From [Bacteroides] pectinophilus (GTDB lineage: Bacteria; Bacillota; Clostridia; Lachnospirales; Lachnospiraceae), in contig CP102260.1 of the NCBI GenBank assembly GCA_025146925.1, positions 1,847,389 through 1,911,388 of the forward strand: a stretch of 64,000 bases of DNA. Direction: 5' to 3'. Both the position numbers and the translations under genes were made by a program. Each line of letters starts with the position of its first letter. The first letter of the stretch is position 1. Of the stretch, positions 53,552-63,254 are shown in pieces. The notes beneath the pieces were generated by a model. It was not told where the DNA came from. It worked only from the letters and a program-made list of their open reading frames with translations, and ran no database searches.

Positions 53552-54539
53552 GCTTTCTTCTAAAGAGCCTGAACATCACACAGAACAAAGAACACAGTGC
53601 TATTACGGCAGCTCCGCCTACGATACCCGATAATGATGTACCTGCCTGTGAATCTGTTGTCTTTACCGAATAATCAGGAAGCAGCGCTGTCTTCTCCTGA
53701 ACACTTGCTGCCGCTTCATATATCCCGTCAGATGCCTCTATCTCATCTTCTCCCGTTATCTTCTGGATTGACCACTCAAGTCCGTCAGGATATTCCGATG
53801 CTGCCAAAGAGAGACCTCCGCCTATTACAACTGCGGCAGTTACAAGAATTATAACTGTTTTCTTGTAGCTTAATCCCGGCTTTTTATCCACTCCATCATT
53901 AATCCCCCATAACAGTTCGGGTCTTGCCTCATATATAAAACACAGGACTGCTGCCGTTATCAGCCCCTCAACCGCTCCTATAGCCAGATGTATAGGCTGC
54001 ATTACAGATACAAATACCGTGAGCGGAAGCTGTGTTACACCTGAAGCTGTTGTCTCAAGGCATACTGAAAATGCTCCAAGCTGAAGTGTCACAATACATC
54101 CGATTACCGATGCTGCTATAATCTTCCACCTGCATGCACCTTTTCTCATCATCGGTCTCCATATCAGCATGGCACCGATAAAGCACCCATAGAAAGCCAT
54201 ATTCCATATATTACAGCCAAGTGCCAGAATACCGCCGTCAGCAAATAACAGGCATTGTATCTGAAGTACGCCTATCATTGTCAAAAAGCCCGCATAAGGC
54301 CCCAATATTGCCGATAAAAGCATTCCTCCGCAAAGATGTCCCGAAGAACCCGTTCCCGGTATTGTAAAATTAATCATCTGTGTTGCAAATACAAATGCTC
54401 CCATTACTCCCATCACAGGGATCCTCTTGGGATCATCCACCAGTTTTACTTTTTTTACCGAATATCCTGCTGCCACTGCCGAGCAGGTATACATTGTTGC
54501 CGCAACTGCCGGTGCGACGAGTGCGTCTGCCATATGCAT
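53544..54539 (-). CDS. cbiM: CbiM/NikM substrate-capture component fused to a C-terminal PDGLE (CbiN/NikN-like) domain
   Basis: N-terminal MH... (Met1-His2 metal-binding N-terminus), CbiM TM core. C-terminal EYPDGLEW motif plus final TM helix. Confidence 0.8.
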   Translation of the reverse strand: MHMADALVAPAVAATMYTCSAVAAGYSVKKVKLVDDPKRIPVMGVMGAFVFATQMINFTIPGTGSSGHLCGGMLLSAILGPYAGFLTMIGVLQIQCLLFADGGILALGCNIWNMAFYGCFIGAMLIWRPMMRKGACRWKIIAASVIGCIVTLQLGAFSVCLETTASGVTQLPLTVFVSVMQPIHLAIGAVEGLITAAVLCFIYEARPELLWGINDGVDKKPGLSYKKTVIILVTAAVVIGGGLSLAASEYPDGLEWSIQKITGEDEIEASDGIYEAAASVQEKTALLPDYSVKTTDSQAGTSLSGIVGGAAVIALCSLFCVMFRLFRRKHE

Positions 54540-54542
54540 ATC

Positions 54543-55736
54543 TTAGTCCTCCATGTTCTCTATAATGTCGCGTATTTCCCTTATTGAGCGTCCTGATGAC
54601 TTTGCCAGTCTTCTGACATCATCATATTCAAGTTTGCTTCTTACCACCCCATATCCGCTTGCTTCCTTACATCTTACATCCCCGAATTCAGTATGAAGTG
54701 TCTTCTCACTGCGCTCAAGAATCATTCTCTCACAGTGGTATACCCTCATTCCAAGTGTTGTTGTATTCCTGAAAATGAGACCGGCAATCCTTTCCCTGTC
54801 CTCCTCCCTGCACATAACAGTAAGCAGCGTTCCCGGCCTTGACTTCTTCATTCCTATTGCAGTTGTATACACATCTAAAGCCCCCTCGTCCATGAGAAGC
54901 TCCGCTGCATATCCCAATTCTTCTGCCGTCATGTCATCAATATTGCAGCAAAGCTGGACTATCGTTTTAGCTGTCCGTGTAGCCTGTATACCAACAAATA
55001 CCCTGACACAGTTTGCTGCGGCAAAATCCTTTGTACCCATTCCGTAGCCGATTCTGCTCACAGTCATCTGCGGCATATTACCGAACTCATCAGCATAATG
55101 CTTAACAAGAGCAGCTCCCGTAGGCGTACACAGTTCTCCTTCTATGCTTCCTGCCCTCAATGGTACATCATTCAATATAAGTGCCGTTGCAGGTGCCGGA
55201 ACCGGAAGTATTCCATGAGCACATCTGACATTACCAAAGCCGGTTGTCACAGGTGATACAACTATCCTGTCCGCACCTATAATATCAATAAGCATACAGC
55301 AGCCTATTACATCTGCCATTGCATCCTTACTTCCGACCTCATGAAAATGTATCTCGTCAGCACTTTTGCCATGGACCCTGCTCTCCGCCTGCGCAATACA
55401 CTCATATACCTCAACTGCATTCTTCTTAACATTCTCGCTTATTCCCGCTGCATCTATAACATGTCTTATGTCATGCATCGATGCTCCATGATGGTGATGA
55501 TGCTCCGCATGGTGGGATTCAAGCTCCTCATGCCCGTCAATCGTCACATTCATGTGTGTTCCATTTATACCGCATTTTACTGAAGGAACAGCCTCAACAT
55601 GCAGACCTTCAATTCCAAGTGAATTCATCTTATCCGTAAACTTTTTTCTGTCTTCATCATTAAGGAGTTCATACAGTGCGCCCATCAGCATATCTCCTGC
55701 CACGCCCATAGAACACTCTATATATAATATCTTCAT
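54543..55736 (-). CDS. larC: LarC-family (DUF111) nickel-insertion protein of nickel-pincer nucleotide cofactor biosynthesis
   Basis: MKILYIECSMGVAGDMLMGAL N-terminus and His-rich stretch HHAEHHHHHGA typical of LarC. Confidence 0.8.
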   Translation of the reverse strand: MKILYIECSMGVAGDMLMGALYELLNDEDRKKFTDKMNSLGIEGLHVEAVPSVKCGINGTHMNVTIDGHEELESHHAEHHHHHGASMHDIRHVIDAAGISENVKKNAVEVYECIAQAESRVHGKSADEIHFHEVGSKDAMADVIGCCMLIDIIGADRIVVSPVTTGFGNVRCAHGILPVPAPATALILNDVPLRAGSIEGELCTPTGAALVKHYADEFGNMPQMTVSRIGYGMGTKDFAAANCVRVFVGIQATRTAKTIVQLCCNIDDMTAEELGYAAELLMDEGALDVYTTAIGMKKSRPGTLLTVMCREEDRERIAGLIFRNTTTLGMRVYHCERMILERSEKTLHTEFGDVRCKEASGYGVVRSKLEYDDVRRLAKSSGRSIREIRDIIENMED

Positions 55737-56506
55737 ATATTAGCCTCACTGTTTTTTGGCTGCATATGGTTAATCATGCTCGCCATATACCCTGCTCCAA
55801 ATCCATTATCTATATTAACAACACTGACGCCGCTTGCACATGAATTAAGCATGGACAACAGTGCCGACAATCCGTGAAATGATGCGCCGTATCCGACACT
55901 TGTAGGAACTGCTATCACCGGACAGTCTGCCAGACCTCCTATTACACTTGCAAGAGCACCTTCCATTCCCGCTATTGCAATAATAACCTGCGCATTCATT
56001 ATATCTTCCATATGTGCCATAAGCCTGTGAAGACCTGCGACTCCGACATCGTAGAGCCTTACGACCTCATTGCCGAGAGCTTCTGCCGTAAGTGCAGCCT
56101 CCTCAGCAACCGGAATATCACTTGTTCCGCCGGTTGCAACAACAATCTTTCCCATTCCGTATGGCGCCGGCACATCTCCTATTATTCCGATACGCGCCAG
56201 CTCATCATATCTGAGTTCCATATTATCCGACACATACTCAGCAGCTTCCCCTGACATCCTTGTTATAAGTATTACATCCTGTCCATTCTGCTGCATCTGC
56301 TTAGCAATTCCAAGTATCTGTTCCTTAGTCTTGCCTGCACCGTATATAACCTCCGGTACACCCTGACGTATTCCGCGGTGATTATCAAGCTTCGCGTAGC
56401 CTATATCAGTAAACGGTTCTTCCTTTATCTTAAATGCTGCGTCCTTCACGGACATTCTGCCGTCCGACACCGCCTTAAGCATATCAATAAGTTCTCTTTC
56501 TTCCAA
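55733..56506 (-). CDS. larB: LarB (PurE-like pyridinium-3,5-biscarboxylic acid mononucleotide synthase), TTG start
   Basis: DIGYAKLDNHRGIRQGVPEVIYGAGKT matches the LarB N-terminal extension; PurE-like core follows. Start moved to TTG at 56506 (GGAGA 6 nt upstream); the long Cys-rich ORF-track extension is unsupported. Confidence 0.75.
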   Translation of the reverse strand: MEERELIDMLKAVSDGRMSVKDAAFKIKEEPFTDIGYAKLDNHRGIRQGVPEVIYGAGKTKEQILGIAKQMQQNGQDVILITRMSGEAAEYVSDNMELRYDELARIGIIGDVPAPYGMGKIVVATGGTSDIPVAEEAALTAEALGNEVVRLYDVGVAGLHRLMAHMEDIMNAQVIIAIAGMEGALASVIGGLADCPVIAVPTSVGYGASFHGLSALLSMLNSCASGVSVVNIDNGFGAGYMASMINHMQPKNSEANI

Positions 56507-56699
56507 CTCTGATCTCCTGATTCTCTTCAATCTGTACAACCATATAAATGCACAAAAAAAATTGCAACAAAAACAACCTGCCTGCATGATACATTCATGT
56601 TCATACCGGCAGCAACGCACTTCATGTGCTTAATTGTCTTCGTGGCAATTACATTAAATATTATTCTAACATAACAGATACATCAAATCAAGCCGTTAC

Positions 56700-56801
56700 T
56701 CAGGCTTGCGCATATTCCCTGTAATCTTCTTCACATGCAAAAAGAATGTACTGTCCGTCAACATATCCCATATATCCGCTCTCTACATTATATCCCTTCA
56801 T
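56700..56801 (-). CDS. Candidate small protein (33 aa, MKGYNVESGYMGYVDGQYILFACEEDYREYAQA) with strong RBS
   Basis: AGGAGG 7 nt upstream of ATG; below the ORF-track size cutoff; no recognisable family. Confidence 0.3.
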   Translation of the reverse strand: MKGYNVESGYMGYVDGQYILFACEEDYREYAQA

Positions 56802-56900
56802 GAACAAATCCTCCTGTAAATATGGCGGCTTCATGCCGTCCGTTTCACCTTACAGAAGGATTATCCCATATCTTATGTCCAATAAACACCACAATGCTGA

Positions 56901-57776
56901 TTATCTTTTTACATATTCACCTATCTTCATATCTGCTTTAAGGATATGGTTGGTAAGCCATCCGACAAGAAAATCCATAAGCTCTGTCAGATATTCCTGC
57001 TGATTGTTGTCCATAGCCTCTATATCGTTAAAATCAATCTCAACCAGACGCTCGACAAAGGCCGCATGCGCTCTCTTCTGCGCTTCAAGTTCAGGATACC
57101 CGATTTGCTCCATATACTCTTCTTCATCTGCAAAATGATGGCGTGTATATTCCTCAAGCTCTTCAAGTATATGCATTATCCTGTCATATTTGTCGTGGAG
57201 AAAATCTGCTCTTATAAGTTCATTAGCCTCCGCCATTATCTCAAACAGCTTTCTGTGCTCATCATCAACGAACTCTATTCCTGTCCTGAATCTGTCAGCA
57301 AATACAAACATTTCACTGCCTTTGCCGTCTGCTTTGCTGCTTTCACATGCATCAGTCCCGTCTTTTTCAGGTTCTCCGTCATTTCCGAGCTTTCCAATCA
57401 TCATATCACTGCTGAGTATATGCGTGTAAAGCCACTTTATAAGATATGACAGCATATCCTTAACCGCTTCCTGCGCATTAGACGCATCTATGTCTGCACC
57501 GCGCATCTCATCAACCTTCTTAACAAAAGAAGCATGCTCAATTCTCTGTCTTGCAAGCTCAGGATCAGAAGTCTTCTCCATATATTCTTCCTCATGTGCA
57601 AAATGTACCTCTGCATAATCTCTGAGCTTTGCAAGCATGCTCTTCATTATAATCACATTATCAGCATCTTTTTCTGATGAAAGCGCAACAGCCTCATTTA
57701 TTATCTGAAAAAGCATTCTGTGTTCATCATCAATCTGTTTGTTGCCTGTAAGGCAGTCATCAGTAAATTCGTACAT
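56901..57776 (-). CDS. Tandem hemerythrin-like (HHE cation-binding) domain protein
   Basis: Two repeats of the bacteriohemerythrin pattern (DxEHR...HFxxEExxM...H...W...HI...D). Confidence 0.75.
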   Translation of the reverse strand: MYEFTDDCLTGNKQIDDEHRMLFQIINEAVALSSEKDADNVIIMKSMLAKLRDYAEVHFAHEEEYMEKTSDPELARQRIEHASFVKKVDEMRGADIDASNAQEAVKDMLSYLIKWLYTHILSSDMMIGKLGNDGEPEKDGTDACESSKADGKGSEMFVFADRFRTGIEFVDDEHRKLFEIMAEANELIRADFLHDKYDRIMHILEELEEYTRHHFADEEEYMEQIGYPELEAQKRAHAAFVERLVEIDFNDIEAMDNNQQEYLTELMDFLVGWLTNHILKADMKIGEYVKR

Positions 57777-57889
57777 ACTAATCTCCATTCTTGCCCGTTT
57801 TTCAGGGCATCCTTAGTTTGTGCGCAAGCACAAATCTTGTGTGTGAAAAATCTTATTTTTCACACTAATCTCCATTCCGCAGCATACTG

Positions 57890-58426
57890 CTAAAATTCTA
57901 TCCCCTTACGTGCCATGATTCCGTTATCATAAGGATGCTTTACTTTTTGCATCATTGTCACATAATCAGCTTTTCTTATCAGCTCTCCTTGAGGATTTCT
58001 TCCTGTAAGTACCAGTTCAAGCCCCTCTTTTCTATTATCCACAAAATCAGCTACATTTGCAAGCGGAACCATGTTGTGATTAACCGCTGAGATTATCTCA
58101 TCAAGGATAATCACGTCAAAATCTTCCGATTTCTCAACTATTCCCGCAAAATATGTCCTATAATAGCTCTTTGCTTTTGCAAGCTGTTCACTGCTCATAT
58201 TGGATACTCTTCCGTAATGTTCCTTCTCAGAAAATATTTCTATATTGCTGTTCAAAGCAAGTGTCTTTAATTCAGATGAATTGCCGGGTTTAAAAAACTG
58301 TGTTATAAGAACCTTCTTACCGCTTCCGGCAGCTCTTGCGGCAAGCCCCATAGCTGCAGTTGTCTTACCTTTGCCATCCCCGCAGTATATGTGGACAAGT
58401 CCCGTATTCCTATTGTCTGCTGTCAT
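57890..58426 (-). CDS. cobO: Cob(I)yrinic acid a,c-diamide adenosyltransferase (CobO/BtuR family)
   Basis: P-loop YCGDGKGKTTAA. Confidence 0.85.
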   Translation of the reverse strand: MTADNRNTGLVHIYCGDGKGKTTAAMGLAARAAGSGKKVLITQFFKPGNSSELKTLALNSNIEIFSEKEHYGRVSNMSSEQLAKAKSYYRTYFAGIVEKSEDFDVIILDEIISAVNHNMVPLANVADFVDNRKEGLELVLTGRNPQGELIRKADYVTMMQKVKHPYDNGIMARKGIEF

Positions 58427-58442
58427 TAATATTAATCTCCGT

Positions 58443-59894
58443 TCACGCATTCATTATTCTGTATATATAGTCCATATCAAGTGCCTGCCTCACATCTTGT
58501 GCAAGTCTGTCATACTGTGCCTGTCTGTATGCTTCTCTGTCAAATGTGCCCGTATCAATATCTATTCCTTTTTTCTGTGCCGCAATATTAATTATTGCCT
58601 CATCAAGTCCATTATCAAATATCCCGTGCACATAACTTGCAAGTACACTTCCATTCTGTATTATTGCACTGTCAAGCCCGCTTCTTCCCATATGTATCTC
58701 ATATCCGCTATAAGGGATTGAATTAAGCTTTTCGTACATTCCGACAAGCCCTGATATTACACCGCCAGTCTGCGTCTGTGTCTTATCATTTGCAAATACC
58801 GTGTCGACAGGGATAAGTTCCATTCCTGATATTGTCTCACATCTGCTGTCCTCTGCACCGCACTCATCAGATATTGTATTGCCAAGTATCTGAAGGCCTC
58901 CGCATATTCCGAATGTAATACCTCCTGCTGATGCGTGTTTTTTTACGGCAGCTTCAAGACCGTTCTGCCGCATCCACAGCATATCATGAATAGTGCTCTT
59001 TGTTCCCGGTATTATTATTATGTCGGGATTGCGAAGCTGCGATGTCTTATCAACATATCTTACTGATACACCAGCAAACCTCTCAAATGTCATAAAATCA
59101 GTAAAATTCGATATTCTCGGAAGTCTGATAACTGCAATATCAATATCCTTCTTTTCCCGGGAGTCAAATCTTTCACTTAAGCTGTCCTCGTCATCGATAT
59201 CCGCATGTGAATATGGCACAACTCCGACACATTTTATCCCCGTCAGTTCTTCTATCCGGCTGATTCCGCTTCCGAGTATCGCAAGGTCACCCCTGAACTT
59301 GTTAATTATAAGCCCTTTAATTCTGTCACGCTCATCAGGCTCAAGAAGTGCTGCTGTCCCGTAAAGCTGTGCAAATACACCTCCTCTGTCAATATCCCCA
59401 ACAAGAAGTACCGGCGCATTAGTCATGGCTGCAAGTCCCATATTTACAATATCATTTTTTTTAAGATTAATCTCTGCCGGACTACCCGCACCCTCAATTA
59501 CTATATAGTCATTCTCTGCCGCAAGCCGCTCATATGCCCCCATAATATCAGGTATAAACTGCTTTTTGCATGCAAAATATTCCGAAGCTCTCATATTGCC
59601 GTAGACACGCCCATTCACTATCACCTGTGAACCTACGTCTGTTGTCGGCTTAAGCAGTATCGGATTCATATCCGCAGAAGGCTTTTTATATGCAGCCTCA
59701 GCCTGTACTGCCTGCGCTCTTCCAATCTCAAGCCCGTCTTCTGTTATGTATGAATTAAGCGCCATATTCTGTGATTTGAATGGTGCCACACTGTAACCGT
59801 CCTGTGCAAGTATTCTGCATAACGCCGTGCACAGAATGCTTTTGCCGGCGTTGGACATAGTGCCCTGAATCATTATGGGTCTGGCTTTTTTCAT
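58443..59894 (-). CDS. cobQ: Cobyric acid synthase
   Basis: N-terminal CobQ/CobB/MinD-like ATPase domain and C-terminal glutamine amidotransferase domain. Confidence 0.9.
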   Translation of the reverse strand: MKKARPIMIQGTMSNAGKSILCTALCRILAQDGYSVAPFKSQNMALNSYITEDGLEIGRAQAVQAEAAYKKPSADMNPILLKPTTDVGSQVIVNGRVYGNMRASEYFACKKQFIPDIMGAYERLAAENDYIVIEGAGSPAEINLKKNDIVNMGLAAMTNAPVLLVGDIDRGGVFAQLYGTAALLEPDERDRIKGLIINKFRGDLAILGSGISRIEELTGIKCVGVVPYSHADIDDEDSLSERFDSREKKDIDIAVIRLPRISNFTDFMTFERFAGVSVRYVDKTSQLRNPDIIIIPGTKSTIHDMLWMRQNGLEAAVKKHASAGGITFGICGGLQILGNTISDECGAEDSRCETISGMELIPVDTVFANDKTQTQTGGVISGLVGMYEKLNSIPYSGYEIHMGRSGLDSAIIQNGSVLASYVHGIFDNGLDEAIINIAAQKKGIDIDTGTFDREAYRQAQYDRLAQDVRQALDMDYIYRIMNA

Positions 59895-59951
59895 AGAAGG
59901 CTCCTTTCCTGATGATGCATAATATATTTACAGCAAGTGCCTGTAGAATCT

Positions 59952-60932
59952 TCAGAACAGAAATGACTTGAGGAAGCCTGCGGCTGTCCCGAATATTACT
60001 ATTGCCGCTGCGGATGCAGCATACATGAGACGGCATGTTTTACGGATGTCCTCCGGCTCTATTGGCCGGATGTCATCTCCGATATACGGCTTCTCATGCA
60101 GCACTCCGCCATACCATGCATTGCCTGCGAGCCTCACGTCAAGAGCTCCTGCACATGCACTCTCCGTCTGTGCTGAATTAGGGCTCGCATGCTTCATTCT
60201 GTCACGCCTGAATATTTTCCATGCTCCTGCAGCATTAAGCCCCGTGAACTTAGCTGCCGCAATTATAAATAATGCTGACAGCCTTGACGGAATATAATTC
60301 AGCACATCATCAAGCCTTGCTGCCGCCTTGCCAAACGCTTCATATCTGTCATTTATATAGCCCAGCATTGAATCCATGGTATTAACCGACTTATAGAAGA
60401 ATCCTCCTGCCGCTCCGCACAATGCCGTATAGAATACCGGGGCAATTACTCCGTCAGAAGAATTCTCGGCAACAGTCTCGACTGCCGCTTTAATTATTCC
60501 TTCCTTATCAAGTACCTTCGTATCTCTTCCTACAATCATTGATACAGCACGTCTTGCGCCCTCTGTATCACCGGCTTCCATGGCTGCACATACGAGCATG
60601 CTTTCTTTTTTCAGTGACTTAGCCGCTATAACAAAATAATCCATAACAGTCTCTGCAACAAAAAAAAGCCATATATTTATATTAAAACTTATAATCTCTA
60701 TAATAAGCGGAAATGCCGTAGATATCACAATAACAGCAGCAGCCGTCAATGCACCTCTCGCAATTTTTCTCTTTCTGCTTACATTCTCTTTATTGAGTGC
60801 TGAATCAAGCATTGCTATAAGATTGCCTATAAGGCATATCGGATGCATTCCGGTATGCGGATCACCGAGTATCATATCAAGTATAAATGCTGCCGGCAGC
60901 GCCAGCATCTGCATAATTATCCATTCTCTCAT
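59952..60932 (-). CDS. cbiB: Adenosylcobinamide-phosphate synthase
   Basis: LALPAAFILDMILGDP N-terminal motif of CbiB/CobD. Confidence 0.9.
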   Translation of the reverse strand: MREWIIMQMLALPAAFILDMILGDPHTGMHPICLIGNLIAMLDSALNKENVSRKRKIARGALTAAAVIVISTAFPLIIEIISFNINIWLFFVAETVMDYFVIAAKSLKKESMLVCAAMEAGDTEGARRAVSMIVGRDTKVLDKEGIIKAAVETVAENSSDGVIAPVFYTALCGAAGGFFYKSVNTMDSMLGYINDRYEAFGKAAARLDDVLNYIPSRLSALFIIAAAKFTGLNAAGAWKIFRRDRMKHASPNSAQTESACAGALDVRLAGNAWYGGVLHEKPYIGDDIRPIEPEDIRKTCRLMYAASAAAIVIFGTAAGFLKSFLF

Positions 60933-60934
60933 AA

Positions 60935-61549
60935 CTAAAACCCTATTCTGTCCGTTACATCAAGCACCCCGTCCTTATATACAGCAGCATATCCGCTGCC
61001 ATTGCCGCACTGCCATCTGTAATATTCATGATGCTTTTCGTATTTTTCCAAAATACTCATAATAGTTCCGCCATGTACAACCGCAGCCACCGCGTTTATT
61101 CTATTATGCCCGCCGGTCATTTGGAGCATCTGCATAAAGCCGTTAATGCATCTTCGCCTGAACTCCTGCGGTGACTCACCGTTTGGAAATGCAATCTGCC
61201 CATCAGAATCAATCCAGCGCTGGTAATCTGCATTACCATTCAGCTCCTGATAATTATATCCCTCAAAATCACCAAAATCACATTCCCTGAAATCATCAAT
61301 TATTATCTTTTTCTTATCAGGAAATAATATATCCGCTGTTGCAATGCATCTTTTCATTGGTGACGTAAAAACAGCTTCTGCACCTTGACAGACATCCGGA
61401 ATGGAATTCCCCTTAATATCCGGCACCAATTCCCGCAGCTCTTTCAGTCTCTCTATTCCTTCCGTGCATAGTTCTTCATCAGTTCTTCCGATATATCTCT
61501 TTTCGAGATTACCTGCTGTTGCACCGTGTCTTATAAAACATATTATCAT
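60935..61549 (-). CDS. cobC: Histidine-phosphatase family protein (alpha-ribazole phosphatase CobC-like)
   Basis: RHG motif (FIRHGATAGN) and position in the cob operon. Confidence 0.8.
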   Translation of the reverse strand: MIICFIRHGATAGNLEKRYIGRTDEELCTEGIERLKELRELVPDIKGNSIPDVCQGAEAVFTSPMKRCIATADILFPDKKKIIIDDFRECDFGDFEGYNYQELNGNADYQRWIDSDGQIAFPNGESPQEFRRRCINGFMQMLQMTGGHNRINAVAAVVHGGTIMSILEKYEKHHEYYRWQCGNGSGYAAVYKDGVLDVTDRIGF

Positions 61550-61887
61550 TTTAACTGCATTCCTATTCCACAGAACACTCTGTATACGGCATCTGCCTTA
61601 TTTGCAAGTTCACAGCACACACGTCCCGTCTTCTCGCGCCACTCTCTGTCTTCTCTTCTTAACGGTACAATTCCCGAACCAATCTCATCACATATTATAA
61701 CGCAGTGAGGATGCAACATAATGTATTCGTCCAGTCTGCTGTCAAAATCTTCATTCATAACTGCTTTCTGTAAGTTGTATATGCAGTCCGTGTCACCTAC
61801 AACACCGTCATCATAATCCGTAACTCCAAGCCTGCTCATGGCATAATCAAGCTTGCCCTGTGCCATTCCTCCGGTAACAAGTATCAT
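61546..61887 (-). CDS. Truncated/degenerate CobU-like protein (N-terminal P-loop remnant + C-terminal CobU segment; central ~80 aa absent)
   Basis: MILVTGGMAQGKLDYA (degenerate P-loop, GKL not GKS/T) and CDEIGSGIVPL...ELANKADAVYRVFCGIGMQLK align with the ends of the full CobU at 62664..63254. The segment that carries the guanylyl-His is missing. Confidence 0.5.
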   Translation of the reverse strand: MILVTGGMAQGKLDYAMSRLGVTDYDDGVVGDTDCIYNLQKAVMNEDFDSRLDEYIMLHPHCVIICDEIGSGIVPLRREDREWREKTGRVCCELANKADAVYRVFCGIGMQLK

Positions 61888-62661
61888 CTAAATGCATCCT
61901 TTCTTCATAAGCAGTTCAGCGACTGCAATAACAAGCGCCATAACAAGCTCCGACACCTGAACATACCAGCCTGCGAGATCCCCTGTGAAGCCTCCGAACT
62001 GCTCACATATACAGAAACTGTATACAAAGAACACTATTACTGCCGCAGCAATTACCGCAACAGCGCACGGCAGGCTGATATTTGCCATTACGCCAACGCT
62101 TAACAGCAGCCATATTATCATAACGGCTGAGGTTACATTCTTTGACGAGCTTTTTTGTTCGCCGGCTCCCATTCCATCCTGCCTTGCAGCCCTGAAATTA
62201 ACTACAGACATTGCAGCCATTGCCCTTGAAATAACATATGTGCATGCAAATATCCCAACAAGCGTATGAATCTCTGACAACGCACCTGCATACAGCACAA
62301 ACCAGAGTACGCCATATATAACCGCAAATGCTCCCGCGTTGGAATCTTTTAATATCTCAAGCTTACGCTCCTTTGTCTGGTATGAAGAAACCGCATCCGT
62401 GGTATCACAGAAGCCGTCCATATGGATTCCGCCCGTTACAAGTACCGGAACTGCCGTCATCAGTGCCACCCTCATCAGTTCACCTGCTCCAAGCCAGGTG
62501 AACGCCGCATCCGCCAACCACTGGATAAGTCCAATGATTATCCCTATAACAGGCAGAAAGCACATTGAATATTTCATATCCTCTTTATCTATACGGACAC
62601 CCACAACGGGTATTCTCGAAAATGTCATAAATGCTGCAAGCATTCCTTTTATAATTCTCAT
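61888..62661 (-). CDS. cobS: Adenosylcobinamide-GDP ribazoletransferase (cobalamin synthase)
   Basis: Polytopic membrane protein with HMDGFCDTTD motif. Confidence 0.9.
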   Translation of the reverse strand: MRIIKGMLAAFMTFSRIPVVGVRIDKEDMKYSMCFLPVIGIIIGLIQWLADAAFTWLGAGELMRVALMTAVPVLVTGGIHMDGFCDTTDAVSSYQTKERKLEILKDSNAGAFAVIYGVLWFVLYAGALSEIHTLVGIFACTYVISRAMAAMSVVNFRAARQDGMGAGEQKSSSKNVTSAVMIIWLLLSVGVMANISLPCAVAVIAAAVIVFFVYSFCICEQFGGFTGDLAGWYVQVSELVMALVIAVAELLMKKGCI

Positions 62662-62663
62662 CC

Positions 62664-63254
62664 TCACTGCCCTTTCCATACCACAGGCCTGCCGCACGCC
62701 ACTTCCACAACCATATCTGACATTGTTGCAAGCTCACAGTTAATCCGGCCAAGCTGACGTATGTATTCCATTGTTGATGCATCATATTCCATTCCGTCTG
62801 CAAATACTTCATTGGTTACAACAACAATATCCGCAAGCTGTGTGTCCGCAATTGCAGTAATCCCGTCAATTATCCTTTGTGACGGCTGCAATTGTAATTG
62901 AGACATGCCGCTGTCATGTATCACGGCTTTTACACCTGTCTCAGCCCTTCCATACATCTCATTGGCAAGCAGATTTGAGATACATTCGATAAGTATTGTA
63001 CTTTTCTTATTGCTGTCATACGGTGTTATAAAAGGAATAATCTCCTCTATGCCATATGGCTTCTCAATTGTCTCAAAATCTGTATTAATACGCCTTTTTT
63101 TATGTATTTCTATTTTCTTTCTGCTCTCATCATCATATGCACTCATCGTTGCCACATATATAAGCCTGTCCTCATGCATATCAACTGCAAGTTTTTCCGC
63201 ATATTCACTCTTGCCGCTTGCTCCGGCTCCTGATACAAGAATAAGTCTGCTCAT
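62664..63254 (-). CDS. cobU: Bifunctional adenosylcobinamide kinase / adenosylcobinamide-phosphate guanylyltransferase
   Basis: P-loop GAGASGKS; full 196-aa CobU. Confidence 0.9.
   Translation of the reverse strand: MSRLILVSGAGASGKSEYAEKLAVDMHEDRLIYVATMSAYDDESRKKIEIHKKRRINTDFETIEKPYGIEEIIPFITPYDSNKKSTILIECISNLLANEMYGRAETGVKAVIHDSGMSQLQLQPSQRIIDGITAIADTQLADIVVVTNEVFADGMEYDASTMEYIRQLGRINCELATMSDMVVEVACGRPVVWKGQ

Noticed and set aside
52101-54539. Calling the M(N)QO transporter a cobalt importer on the basis of the adjacent cobalamin operon
   Set aside because: Not fully rejected. Direct coupling to larB-larC and the fused M-PDGLE component favour nickel, so the gene symbols cbiMQO are used only as family labels.
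56521-56620. Cys-rich N-terminal extension of the larB ORF (MRCCRYEHECIMQAGCFCCNFFC…)
   Set aside because: No RBS at the ATG, and LarB homologs start near the ELEERELID segment. A TTG with GGAGA 6 nt upstream fits better. The Cys-rich stretch is probably untranslated leader.
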